A DNA stretch of 64,000 nucleotides from Torpedo marmorata (taxonomy: Eukaryota). The stretch spans positions 55,056,001 to 55,120,000 of the forward strand of contig OZ360239.1 of the NCBI GenBank assembly GCA_977017645.1, read 5' to 3'. The notes under the pieces are model-generated. The model saw nothing but the letters and a program-made list of their open reading frames with translations. It had not been told where the DNA came from and did not search any database. The position numbers and the translations under genes were made by a program. This document shows positions 38,341-48,915 of this stretch, in pieces (the first letter of the stretch is position 1; each line of letters opens with the position of its first letter).

Positions 38341-38567
38341 ATAGTAAAACCACAAAGCTGGAGAAACTCAGCAGGTCAGTGTACTTTATAGAGCAAAGAT
38401 AAAGATACGGAACCAACGTTTCTGGCTTGAGCCCTTCATCAAGATACCTTGATTATGTTGGTTATGTATCTTTATCTTTGCTCTATACAGTACAGTTTGA
38501 CCTGCTGAGTTTCTCCAGCATTGTGTTTTTACTTCAACCAAGGTGTCTGCAGACTTTCCTCTTTTAC
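38341..38567. mobile_element. Fold-back Penelope terminal-repeat element
   Basis: Inverted arms; decayed 13-bp TSD GCCCGTGCACTTT/GCCCATGTACTTT. Confidence 0.75.
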
Positions 38568-39236
38568 GCCCATGTACTTTGGTTCCGTTAAAGTTGGGAG
38601 TTTTAGAAAGCAGAGATACACCCTTCAATAAGACCCGGGAGATATTGTACCTTTATTTGGACTGCAATTGGAGAAAACAACCTCTGATGCTGAAAATGAG
38701 AAACAAAAACAGAAATTGCTGGAAACACTTAGCAGGTCAAACAGAGGGAGACAGTCAAGATGCCCCAGCATTTTCTGTTGCTTTGTTTCGTATTTGGATT
38801 GCATCTTGTTTACTTGCACAACTAGTAATCTTTATGCAACTTCAGATTCATTGGAGTTGTAGAAATAGAGGAAATTGTGGGGTACCTTCCCATCAGTGTC
38901 CCAGATGTACGTTTAAAAACAATGCTTTATTACATTTTATTGGGAGTCGATCGTAATATTGGAGGGACTATATTCATTTTCTTGACATGCTGTACACGCT
39001 GTTTGAGATTACATTTTAAAACGTTCCGATTCAGACTAAATGCAGCAGTTCATAGACGGGGCAGCGAATTTGTACTTTGCTCGTACATATCGATCATTTC
39101 CAGCAACTCCAGACTTACATTCTGATTTGTACGCGCGGGGAGTTATAGCTGCTGTAAACGTACCTATAAACTGTGGGTGGCGACGGTCACTGTTTACTTT
39201 CTGATATAACTTTACTTTTCCATTGCTCTGCCTGGC

Positions 39237-39253
39237 TGACCTGAGTTTGAACC
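39237..39253 (-). promoter_or_regulatory. Candidate DR5 RARE
   Basis: Minus strand GGTTCA-aactc-AGGTCA, perfect RGKTCA-n5-RGKTCA, ~1.1 kb upstream of the CYP26A1 TATA. Confidence 0.55.
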
Positions 39254-40275
39254 GAGAACGAGGATGGGATCATAATTTTAGGAATTCACATCTGAATGAC
39301 GATGTAGTTATTTCTCACAGTTACCCAAAGGCGCGGTTTAATCTGCAGTCGGGGGTGAACGCTAGGCCAGGCTGCTTTTTAAACAACAGCCACTCAACCC
39401 CTACGCCACGTCAAAGCGAAACTTGGCTCCACGACAATGACATAATTAATCTTTACATCAGATCCTTCCAATTGGAGGGCGGGCAGCAGCCCACCCAGAG
39501 CAAACTTCCAGCTCCGAATTTTACAAATATATCGCGCTAGGCAATTTATTTTAAAATACGAAATCTTAGCTTTCATTCTGAATAATCACACGTAATTCTC
39601 ATGGTGATGAGCGAGCCGAGGTGAACACCAATTCCTTTTAACAGCGTTGTTTTAAATGTAATTAAAGGTTCCATAACGATGAACAGCTTTCAGCTCCAGT
39701 GAATTTCTTGCCAAACTTACTATCTTAAATTTCAAAAGAGACCTTTTGTTCTCGTGCCTTAATGCGTGAGACTATCGCTCGGCATTGCAGTACCCAGGAC
39801 CTTGAGACAAGTTTGATGTCATTTTAAATTGAATACGCGCTGTAAATAAAACGTTTCCTACATCATGACTCAGTTGGATACAAGTACAATGAATTTATCA
39901 GCGGGGTAAATGTAAAATCTGATTGATCTTATTGATGGGCTGGTTGTCAATTTGGCCAAAGGGGCCGTTTTACGATACTTAATCAAATAATTACACTGAA
40001 GAAAGAACTAACGGAATATTTTCCTCCCAAAACCTCGAGTTTCTGAGGTATAATTTTCTCGCCCGCCTTCTCACAATGATCCTTTCCAATGACCCGAACT
40101 CCTTGCATAGAATTTTACCGAGACTCCGAAGAGTGCGATCACAGAGCCCAGGTGATCAAAACCTCACGCTCACTGATCTCCTTCGTTTCTGGTTAACAAT
40201 GGGTTAAAGATTTTTGAACAGCGTCATTAAAACAGGCGGAGTCAGAGGGAATGGCACAAACTACACAATTAAAGA

Positions 40276-40292
40276 TGAACTTTGTGTGAACT
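40276..40292 (-). promoter_or_regulatory. Proximal DR5 RARE (R1) of CYP26A1
   Basis: TGAACT-ttgtg-TGAACT within the conserved block CAATTAAAGATGAACTTT.G.TGAACTAATTG. Confidence 0.92.
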
Positions 40293-40334
40293 AATTGAAC
40301 TGACCAAGGTAAAGGGGCTGAGACCTGGAGTGGT

Positions 40335-40340
40335 TATAAA
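40335..40340 (+). promoter_or_regulatory. TATA box of CYP26A1
   Basis: TATAAA ~40 bp downstream of R1 and ~105 bp upstream of the ATG. Confidence 0.85.
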
Positions 40341-40445
40341 GAGGCTTGAACCTGGAGTGTCAGCATTCCCTCATTCTTAGAATCACATCACGAGAAGGGT
40401 GAGGGAGTCCCGAGGGGAGAATTGAGAGGTCCTGTTGTTGTTAAG

Positions 40446-40634
40446 ATGGTCCTGTTTACACTCTGCGCCACTTTCTTGTGCACTTTCGTGCTGCCGCTGT
40501 CGCTTTTTCTCGCTGCGGTAAAACTCTGGGAAATTTACTGCATCAGTGGAAGGGACCGTAGCTGTGCAAGCCCCTTACCTCCGGGGTCAATGGGGCTGCC
40601 CTTCCTGGGAGAGACTCTCCAGTTGGTCCTGCAG
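40446..40634 (+). CDS. CYP26A1: Cytochrome P450 26A1 exon 1
   Basis: MVLFTLCATFLCTFVLPLSLFLAAVKLW..PLPPGSMGLPFLGETLQLVLQ; CAG|gtgaga. Confidence 0.95.
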
Positions 40635-41135
40635 GTGAGAGGTTCCGCTTGTATCGAGAGAAACAACTATTTCAATCGAGCGTCCACGTCAAATTCAGGA
40701 CTTTTAAGAGAACGCCAGAGCAAAATGCTAAACTCGGCATTAAGAATAGAAGGCATTTTTAAAACGTTTTGAGATAATGAAGAACAGGTTGCGAACTTGC
40801 AGTGAAAGCAGACAGGCGGTGCTCAGTTCAGCCAGCGACTTACAGTAACTTTAACTGAATTGCATTCCAGTGTGTCGTCATTAATAAAAGAATTTACAGC
40901 AAGCGTCGCTGTGTAAATAAAGAAACCCAGTAAGTTGGCTGGTTTGAATGGCTGTCATACTGATTTATTTCGCAATTGATTTGGTTTGATTCTGGTAACG
41001 GTATGTAAAACATATTTATAGTTATTGTTTATCTGCAAGTTTTGCAAGAGTTAAGCCGCAGCCTCAAAAATAATCCCGCAAATATGATTCCGGGTACTAA
41101 TTGTACTTAACCCACAACCGTGTGTTCATTTACAG

Positions 41136-41360
41136 AGATACAAATTCCTTAAGATGAAAGTGCGAAAGTATGGCCACATCTACAAGACTCATCTTTTCGG
41201 CAGCCCCACGGTGCGTATCATGGGAGCTGAAAATGTGAAACAAATTTTATTGGGGGAGCACAAACTTGTGTCGGTGCAATGGCCCGCTTCCGTGAGGACG
41301 ATCCTGGGAGCCGGCTGCCTGTCCAGCCTCCACGATTCCCAACACAAACAGAGGAAAAGA
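41136..41360 (+). CDS. CYP26A1: CYP26A1 exon 2
   Basis: tacag|AGA...KYGHIYKTHLFGSPTVRIMGAENV...HKQRKR|gtaagt. Confidence 0.95.
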
Positions 41361-41584
41361 GTAAGTGCATGTTTCCGCATCCGACCCATTCATTGTCGAT
41401 GTTTTGTGTCTAAATTCAACCTTCGCATAGGAAGGTTTTGCACCATGTACATAAGTAATGGCCAAATCCAGGCATTCTGGAATTCATTTAATAGAAACTG
41501 TTGGTATTTCCAATGATGTAGAGGAGGGGGAGATGTTGCAGACCTTTTGGTATTTTGCTGAGATATTCTTTCGGACGTTAATAG

Positions 41585-41869
41585 GTGATTTTGAAAGCTT
41601 TCTCCCGAGAAGCCTTGAAAAACTACATGCCCGTGATGGTGGAGGAAATCCGTGCCGGTCTTGGGCGATGGTTGGAGAGCGGCTCCTGTGTACTGGTTTA
41701 CCCCGAGATGAAGCGCCTCATGTTCGGGATTGCCACCCGGATCTTACTCGGATTCGAACCAAGCCAGACCAACCCGCGTACACAGCAGCAGCTGATCGAA
41801 GCCTTTGAGGAAATGATTCGTAATCTCTTCTCACTGCCCATCGACGTGCCCTTCAGCGGCTTATACCGG
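41585..41869 (+). CDS. CYP26A1: CYP26A1 exon 3
   Basis: atag|GTG ILKAFSREAL...NLFSLPIDVPFSGLYR|gtaag. Confidence 0.95.
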
Positions 41870-42000
41870 GTAAGATGCGCCAAGGTTAGAAATAAAACGG
41901 CAGTGCCAGTAGGTTGTTGCTGCAGTGGGAACTAGCGTGCGGGGAGATGGGAACTTCTAAATCACGCTGTAATGCAGATTTTGTCATTATCTGATGATAG

Positions 42001-42150
42001 GGACTTAAGGCTAGGAATGTGATCCATGCAAAAATCGAAGAGAATATACGGAAAAAGGTAGCAAGGCGAGAGGCCGCGGGTCAGTTCAAGGATGCGCTGC
42101 AGCTTCTGATCGAGCACTCGGAACAGAGCGACCAGCCCCTGCGGTTGCAG
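42001..42150 (+). CDS. CYP26A1: CYP26A1 exon 4
   Basis: gatag|GLKARNVIHAKIEENI...KDALQLLIEHS...LQ|gtaaag. Confidence 0.94.
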
Positions 42151-43082
42151 GTAAAGTTACAAAGAGCTGCCAGAACACTATATCTCACCCAAATCCCAAA
42201 GTGCACTCCTCACCTCTCCCCTCCCCCGGTCTCAGGGCGGTGGTCTGTCTCAGCACTCAACTTCACCGCAACAGCCGCTCAGGAGAGCACTGCCCCAGCA
42301 CAGCGAGAAGACTGCCTCACCTCAGCGCACCTGGGCCACTTCAGCACATCGAGCAGGACCAAGTGGCCCCGGACCCAGACGTAGCGACTCCAGACCCAGA
42401 TCTCCATGGTGCTGCCCGATTACAGCGCTTTCCTGAATCAGACCCACGAAACTGGAAGACCCCCGAGGATACTCTCCGTGCAGCTGGCTCACACTCAGCC
42501 ACAGAAACCTGACCCACCCCATCGAACTACAACTTTCCCACCCCCCCCCACATTAACATTAAACAAAAAAAATCAGTCAGAAAATGCTGGATGTACCTGA
42601 AATATCACCTAATTCTATTTCTATAGATGCTGCTTGCCTTTCAGAGTGCTTCCAGCATTTTATTCCGCCAGAACAATACTCCCCCAGATCCTCAGCATTA
42701 TCGCGCCCGACACGCTTCTAAACCAGAATTTTTCTGGTAGAGTAATCCCATACACAACCCACTAACCAACATCTTGAAAAACACTGGTTACACGTTTTCC
42801 TCTCTGGAAATATTCACTTCCAAACGAAGATTCTCGGCTCGCTTGCTCGGGTGGCAACGCACAAGGTCCAGATAAAACACGCAAATTGCCTAAAGCAGTC
42901 GGCAGAAGACAGCAGATGCAGTTCGCATCATATTTACAACGGTGACAATTGCATCATTCACACACTCATCAAGTACCATTCGCCCGAATCGAGATGCTGC
43001 TACTCTTGCTAATGTCCGAGATGTTTCCTCTCTCTCTCTCTCTCCTCCAGTCCTCCCACCCCCTTTTTTGCTTTCTCTGAAG

Positions 43083-43217
43083 GAGTTGAAAGAATCTGCC
43101 ACCGAGCTCCTGTTTGGGGGACACGAGACGACAGCGAGCACGGCCACATCGCTCGTTACTTTCTTGGCCCTGCACCCCGAGGTGGTGCGAAAAGTCAGGC
43201 GGGAATTGCAGGAGCAG
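43083..43217 (+). CDS. CYP26A1: CYP26A1 exon 5 (I-helix)
   Basis: gaag|ELKESATELLFGGHETTAS...ELQEQ|gtaagg. Confidence 0.95.
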
Positions 43218-43361
43218 GTAAGGCATAGCGGAGCACTTGCACATTCCTCGGCTGGTGGTGCAGACGGTAATCTCCCACCTCCTGTGGTTGCAAATTGAAT
43301 TTAAGATTCAGTCCCGGATTTGGCTTTTGTTTTGAAATTCGGCTTCTCAATGGATTTGCAG

Positions 43362-43517
43362 GGATTATTCAGCCACGACATGAAGGAGAACCCACAAGTC
43401 ACTATGGAAGCCCTTGAACAACTTAAATACACCGGAAGCGTCATCAAAGAAACTCTTCGACTGCGTCCCCCGGTCCCCGGAGGGTTCCGCGTGGCCCTAA
43501 AGACCTTCGTTTTAAAC
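43362..43517 (+). CDS. CYP26A1: CYP26A1 exon 6 (ExxR)
   Basis: ttgcag|GLF...LKYTGSVIKETLRLRPPVPGGFRVALKTFVLN|gtaagc. Confidence 0.95.
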
Positions 43518-43849
43518 GTAAGCTGATTCCGGCAAAAGATTCGTGTCGTTTTTGAAACAACTTGCCCAAAGAAAATGCAGAGGGGAAATTCTGAAAAAAA
43601 GTTTTAAAACATGCGATAGTTTTTTTTAAAAAGTATCCATAATATTCAATTGAATTCAAGTAAATTGAAATGAATATCACTTTACATATATAAACAGAGA
43701 ATCAAGAAAATAAGTGGCATGAGGTAGTTAAAGATAAGACATGCTATGCTCCAACCAGTGAAGACGGGTTTGGGGGGGGGGGGGCGGGTGGTTGAATGAC
43801 CTTCTGCTTCTGGTCTTTATATATGAATAGGAAGCAATCCTTGCAATTA

Positions 43850-44368
43850 CGTTATATACTCGTGTAATCGTCGAAATTTTTGGAGTACTTTTACGGGCCA
43901 AAAAGGGGGGGGGGGGTCGACTTTTACACGGGCCATACTTTTGACCTCGTGAAGTACCTGTGTCGTTCAGGCATCGGGAGCTCGGATGGCCAGACTGGGT
44001 GGTTAAGTCCCCGGTCAGGGCGCCGAGAGCTCGGATGGGCCGGTGGTCGGGAGTTCGGATGGGCAGGCAGCCGGGATGAGGATCCACGGTCGGGCGTTCC
44101 GGTGGGTGGACGGCGGGGCAAGGGTCGCTGCAGGGGGTGTCAGGAACTCCGGTAGGCGGGTGGCCGGGGCATCGGGATCTCCAGTAGGCGGACGGCTGGG
44201 GCGAGGGTCCGCTGTCGGGGCGTCAGGAGCTCCGATGGGCGGTCGGAGCCAAAAATAGGGGGTCAACTTTTACAAGGGTCATACAAAAACACGCGATTTT
44301 TGGGCCAAAAAATGAGGGGGGGGGGGTTGACTATTACATGGTATCGACGATTACACGAGTATATACGG
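43850..44368. mobile_element. Tc2/pogo-like MITE
   Basis: TIR core TATATACTCGTGTAATCGTCGA at both ends, TA flanks (43848-43849 and 44369-44370), GC-rich non-coding interior. Confidence 0.8.
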
Positions 44369-45152
44369 TAAAAGATTTTTTCCCACTATAATCTCAAATT
44401 ACATGAGAGATATAATGAACAGAAATTTGTTGGCAATAACTGGTCAGGTGGCATCTAGAAATATTGTTATGTTTAGGGTGCCCTCTAATGGAATAACAAG
44501 TGAAAGAGGAGAAAAGGTGGTCAAAGAAAGTAAGGAACGATGACAGAACACAAAATATATCTGACTCAGGAAGCTACAGAGTCATGCAGAAATTGTTGAG
44601 CTTCATGTATATTTACAAAAATTCACTGAAATCAAAATTCTGAACATACACAACTTTTGTGTGAAATAAAAAGAAAATTTGTCAATTCATACTTGACCAG
44701 GAGGAATCACTGGCTCAAAGGAATACTGGTCTGCACTAGTTCTCCCCTTGAGCCGACCATTAGAGAAGGGATGATGTCTGCAAATTCTTTATTTTAACCT
44801 ATTTAGATTTAAACTATGCAATGGAACATTGTTGCTGCTGTTAATTAAGTACACATTGAGAGTGATACCATTGGATAATTTACAGTGAATATGTAGATTC
44901 TACCAATATGTAGAATCTGAAGCTTCTAATTTGAACTGTTCACGGCTCCAGTGGCAAGGCTGAGCCATTGAGAATACCTGGACAATGTTGCCGATTTCAG
45001 AGATTTTGTACCAATGACATTTTGAGTAGTGAACCAATAAGATATATAACAATATCCGTACCATCACCAGATGAAATTCACACTCATTAGAGAAGTTCCA
45101 TATTTTAAAGTAATACGTTTCTGCAATAATGACATAAAAAATTCATTTCCAG

Positions 45153-45497
45153 GGATATCAGATACCAAAAGGCTGGAATGTTATTTATAGCATCTGTGAC
45201 ACTCATGATGTTGCAACCAACTTCTCAAACAAGGATGAATTTAATCCTGATCGTTTCATGGAGGGCTGCCCAGAAAAGGATGCATGCAGATTTAGCTACA
45301 TCCCATTCGGTGGAGGCTCAAGGAGTTGTGTAGGTAAAGAGTTCGCCAAGATCCTCCTCAAAATCTTCACAGTGGAGCTTGTCAGAGCTTGCGACTGGCA
45401 ACTTTTAAATGGACCTCCTACAATGAAAACCAATCCCACCGTATACCCGGTGGACAATCTGCCAACAAAATTTACACCTTTCCCATACAAAATATGA
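45153..45497 (+). CDS. CYP26A1: CYP26A1 exon 7 (heme-binding motif, stop)
   Basis: ttccag|GYQIPKGWNVIYSICDTH...FNPDRF...PFGGGSRSCVGKEFA...YPVDNLP; TGA; spliced CDS totals 1485 bp. Confidence 0.96.
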   Translation, partial: GYQIPKGWNVIYSICDTHDVATNFSNKDEFNPDRFMEGCPEKDACRFSYIPFGGGSRSCVGKEFAKILLKIFTVELVRACDWQLLNGPPTMKTNPTVYPVDNLPTKFTPFPYKI

Positions 45498-46709
45498 TCT
45501 ATTAACAAACCAGAACTCTGCCAATACATGAACAGACGTTGGAGTAGTGTTCCATTCATGTCATCAATATGTATGCAAGTGGAGTAATAGCCTTTAGGTT
45601 GTCATCTGGTGGGTTCATAAATCTGGCAGAAGCTTTAATCTATTTTCTATAATATAGTTTTGTCTGTTATGAAGGTCAAACTATTTCCTCCACAATGTTC
45701 TTTGTCTGTATGGCACACTGGTGAAGTCAAACTGTTTATTAATTCTGTAAATAAGCTGTTTTACACTACTTGTAATATTCTCTACCCACTGCTTTTAGAT
45801 TTTGAATTATTTAAATGCTTTGTATCTTTGATATGTGATTGCTAATTTATGTTAAAGTCTTGGCATGTAAATATTATAACTTAATCTGCCTGGCATGCAT
45901 TGCAAGAACATGTCAAGCACCAAGCTATGAATCAGGAGGAAGGCCTGTAGAGAGGAATTTTTAACAAAGCTATACAGTATGTAATAAAAAAGGACATGAA
46001 CCATAGAGCTGATGAAATGATTTATAAGCAACCAACAGTGAATACAGAAAGTACATTTTGATTAATAACACTTCAGTCTGCATTGATATTACACATTTGT
46101 TCCAAATTCATATGCAGCATGTGAACAAATGCACGAACCATTGAGTTTTTGCCTAGTACAATAGTTCTACACTTTATAAAATCAATGGAATATCAACCAG
46201 TTTCTTCCATTCCTACAGGACACATGCACACCAAATGGAAGCATTTGCAGTCTTGAATGAAGTTCTATTTTATAAAATGATATTCTATAGAAATCCCATA
46301 AATCTGCACATTTAAAACTTATATTGTAACAGATTAAGCAAGCCAGCCACCTTGAATAGCCATTGTTTTATAACACTTCATCTTAGTTCATCATTCAAAA
46401 ATCAACCCTGGTATTTCATAACTAGAGAGGCACCTGCTAAACAAACAGTCAATTGTAGAAAAGCTGGGATTAAACCAGCAGGATCCTGGTCATCAGGGTC
46501 AGGGCATTAACATGGAATCACTGATAAATGGCCCAGTCATGACCCCATGAACCTTGGCTAACCTTGGTAAATGTAGATCTTGTCGCCTTCCTAACCTCAG
46601 TTCATTTCTATTCTTTAGGCCACGAGGTTGTAGACATATGAAATGAATGTTCGTGGACTAGCTATTCAACAGAATTGCTGTTGCAGGAGGACCAGCCAAT
46701 CCTACCTCC

Positions 46710-46745
46710 TTAGATGGGATTCACAATTCGCATGGATAGGTAGTT
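46710..46745 (-). CDS. MYOF: Myoferlin last coding exon
   Basis: ttatctcccgcag|NYLSMRIVNPI*; matches the recalled myoferlin C-terminus NYLSMKIVKP. Confidence 0.85.
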   Translation of the reverse strand, partial: NYLSMRIVNPI

Positions 46746-47700
46746 CTGCGGGAGATAAAACAATTTTTTTTTAAAGTGTATTTCAGAGAGGTACTGCCTC
46801 AATTTAAACTTAAACTTCTCCACTTAATATTTGTCAAAGGCAATTTCCACAATTTAACACAATTTCCAGAATATCTGTAGTCATCAGTTAATCCGACAGG
46901 TTTAAATAAGAATCACATCCAAGACCTGGGTCACAAATTGTGCATCTGAACAAGATCAGCTATGTATCATTATCCAACACACTCTTGGTGGAAATTTTTT
47001 TTCCCCAAAAAGCAATGATCAATAGAAATAAAAGGAGATTGACATACATTTACTTGCAATAAAGAAATATAGGGTCCGGATTCAGTTTCATGTCCTGCAT
47101 TGTGGTGACCAACAGCAAAGGACTGTACTAGATAACCCTGCCTACCTACCTGCACAATACGTTTATCTGCAGTACACATATCATATTAAACATGCATTTA
47201 CACACCACTAGTTTTTCTAAATATCATCCATGCATGGTTATCTCTGCAGCAGAGAAAGTGGGACAGTGATCATTTGCATCTGATTACTTGCTGAATGTTG
47301 TACACCCCCTGTATTTGAGTTTCATTGAGATTTAAATACGATTTTTTATTTTAATATGATTTTTCATGTACATTAATTTAACGCATCAGGTGAATAAAGA
47401 TGAATAAAACGGCATCTCCTCAGGGAATCACCTCTCTGTGCTGCATTGCCAAGCATTTGCTACCACAAGCCTCAGAATTTACTTGCCTATTTGCTCCACC
47501 ATGCACATTATCACACCCTCTATTATTCCTTTCACATCCTTGTTCATCTGCCCTCCCCAGGCAACTGCACCTGTTCACATTCCTCCCCATCAACAACCAG
47601 GACTAAACACTAACACTAATACTTACTTGAATCTCATATTCACTGTTCTTTATCCCCATCAACCTTTTAAAATGGTGGCCTACCCACTGTCCAGCTCAAT

Positions 47701-48915
47701 AGAATCAGAATCAGAATTTATTGTCATGAAATTCGGTGTTTTGCGGCAGCATCACAGTGCAAACATTCATATTATAACTATCTTACGACATTACTATAAA
47801 AAAAATATATAAATAATAGTGCACGAAAAGTAAGGCAGTGTTTTTGGTTTATTGATTATTCAGGAATCTGATGGCAGCGGGGAAGAAGCTGTCCTTGTGC
47901 CATTGAGTGCTCGTCTTTAGGCTCCTGTACCTTTTTCCCCAATGGTAGCAGAGTGAAGAGGGCATGGCCTGGGTGGTGGGGGTCTTTGAGGACAAAGGCT
48001 GCTTTTTTAAGACACCGCCTCGTGTAGTTGTCCTCGATGGAGTGGAGTCTGGTGCCTGTGATGTCACAGGCCAAGTTAACAACCCTCTGGAGTTTACTCT
48101 TGTCCTGAGAGTTGGCGCCTCCATACCAGGCATTGATGCAACCGGCCAGAATGCTCTCCACGGTACACCTGTAGAAGTTTACGAGAGTCTTCGGTGACAT
48201 ACCGAATCTCTTCAGACACCTCAAAAAGTATAGCCGCTGGCGAGCCTTCTTTGTGATTGCATCAACGTGGAGGCTCCAGGACAGATCTTCAGAGATGTTG
48301 ACACCCAGGAATTTGAAGTTCTTGACCCTCTCCACTACGGAGCCCTCGATGAGGACTGGGTCGTGTTCCCCTGACTTCCTCCTGAAGTCCACAATCATCT
48401 CCTTGGTTTTGCTGACGTTGAGTGCAAGGTTGTTGTCATTACACCATTCAACGAGCTGATCTATCTCCCTCCTGTACGCTTCCTCATTGCCGTTTGTGAT
48501 TCTGCCGACATCTGTGGTGTCATCGGCAAACTTGTAGATGGCATTGGAATTGTGCCTGGCCACACAGTCATGGGTGTATAACGAGTAGAGCAGTGGGCTA
48601 AGCACGCATCCTTGGGTTGTGCCTGTGTTGATAATCAGTGAGGAGGAGACGTTGTTTCCAATTCGTACTGACTGTGGTCTTCCGATGAGAAAGTCAAGGA
48701 TCCAGTTGCAGAGGGGGGTACAGAGGCAAACACGAAAATCTGTAGACACCGTGGATGAAGTAAAAAACACAAAAGCTGGAGAACTCAGCAGGTCAAACAG
48801 AGGCCTAGAGTTTGTAGCTTCATGACCAGCACTGAGGGAATAATGGTATTGAAGGCCGAGCTGCAGTCGATGAAGAGCAGCCGTATGTATGAATTTCTGT
48901 TTTCGAGGTGATCCA
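47701..48915 (-). mobile_element. Rex1/Babar-type LINE (5'-truncated), interrupted by a Penelope-repeat fragment at ~48728-48796
   Basis: [19 protein letters not shown]; near-identical to 32347-33172; nested insert flanked by ACAGAGGC duplication. Confidence 0.87.

Noticed and set aside
40422-40445. N-terminal extension of CYP26A1 from TTG
   Set aside because: Non-ATG start from the ORF caller; the ATG at 40446 has good context and gives the expected 63-codon exon
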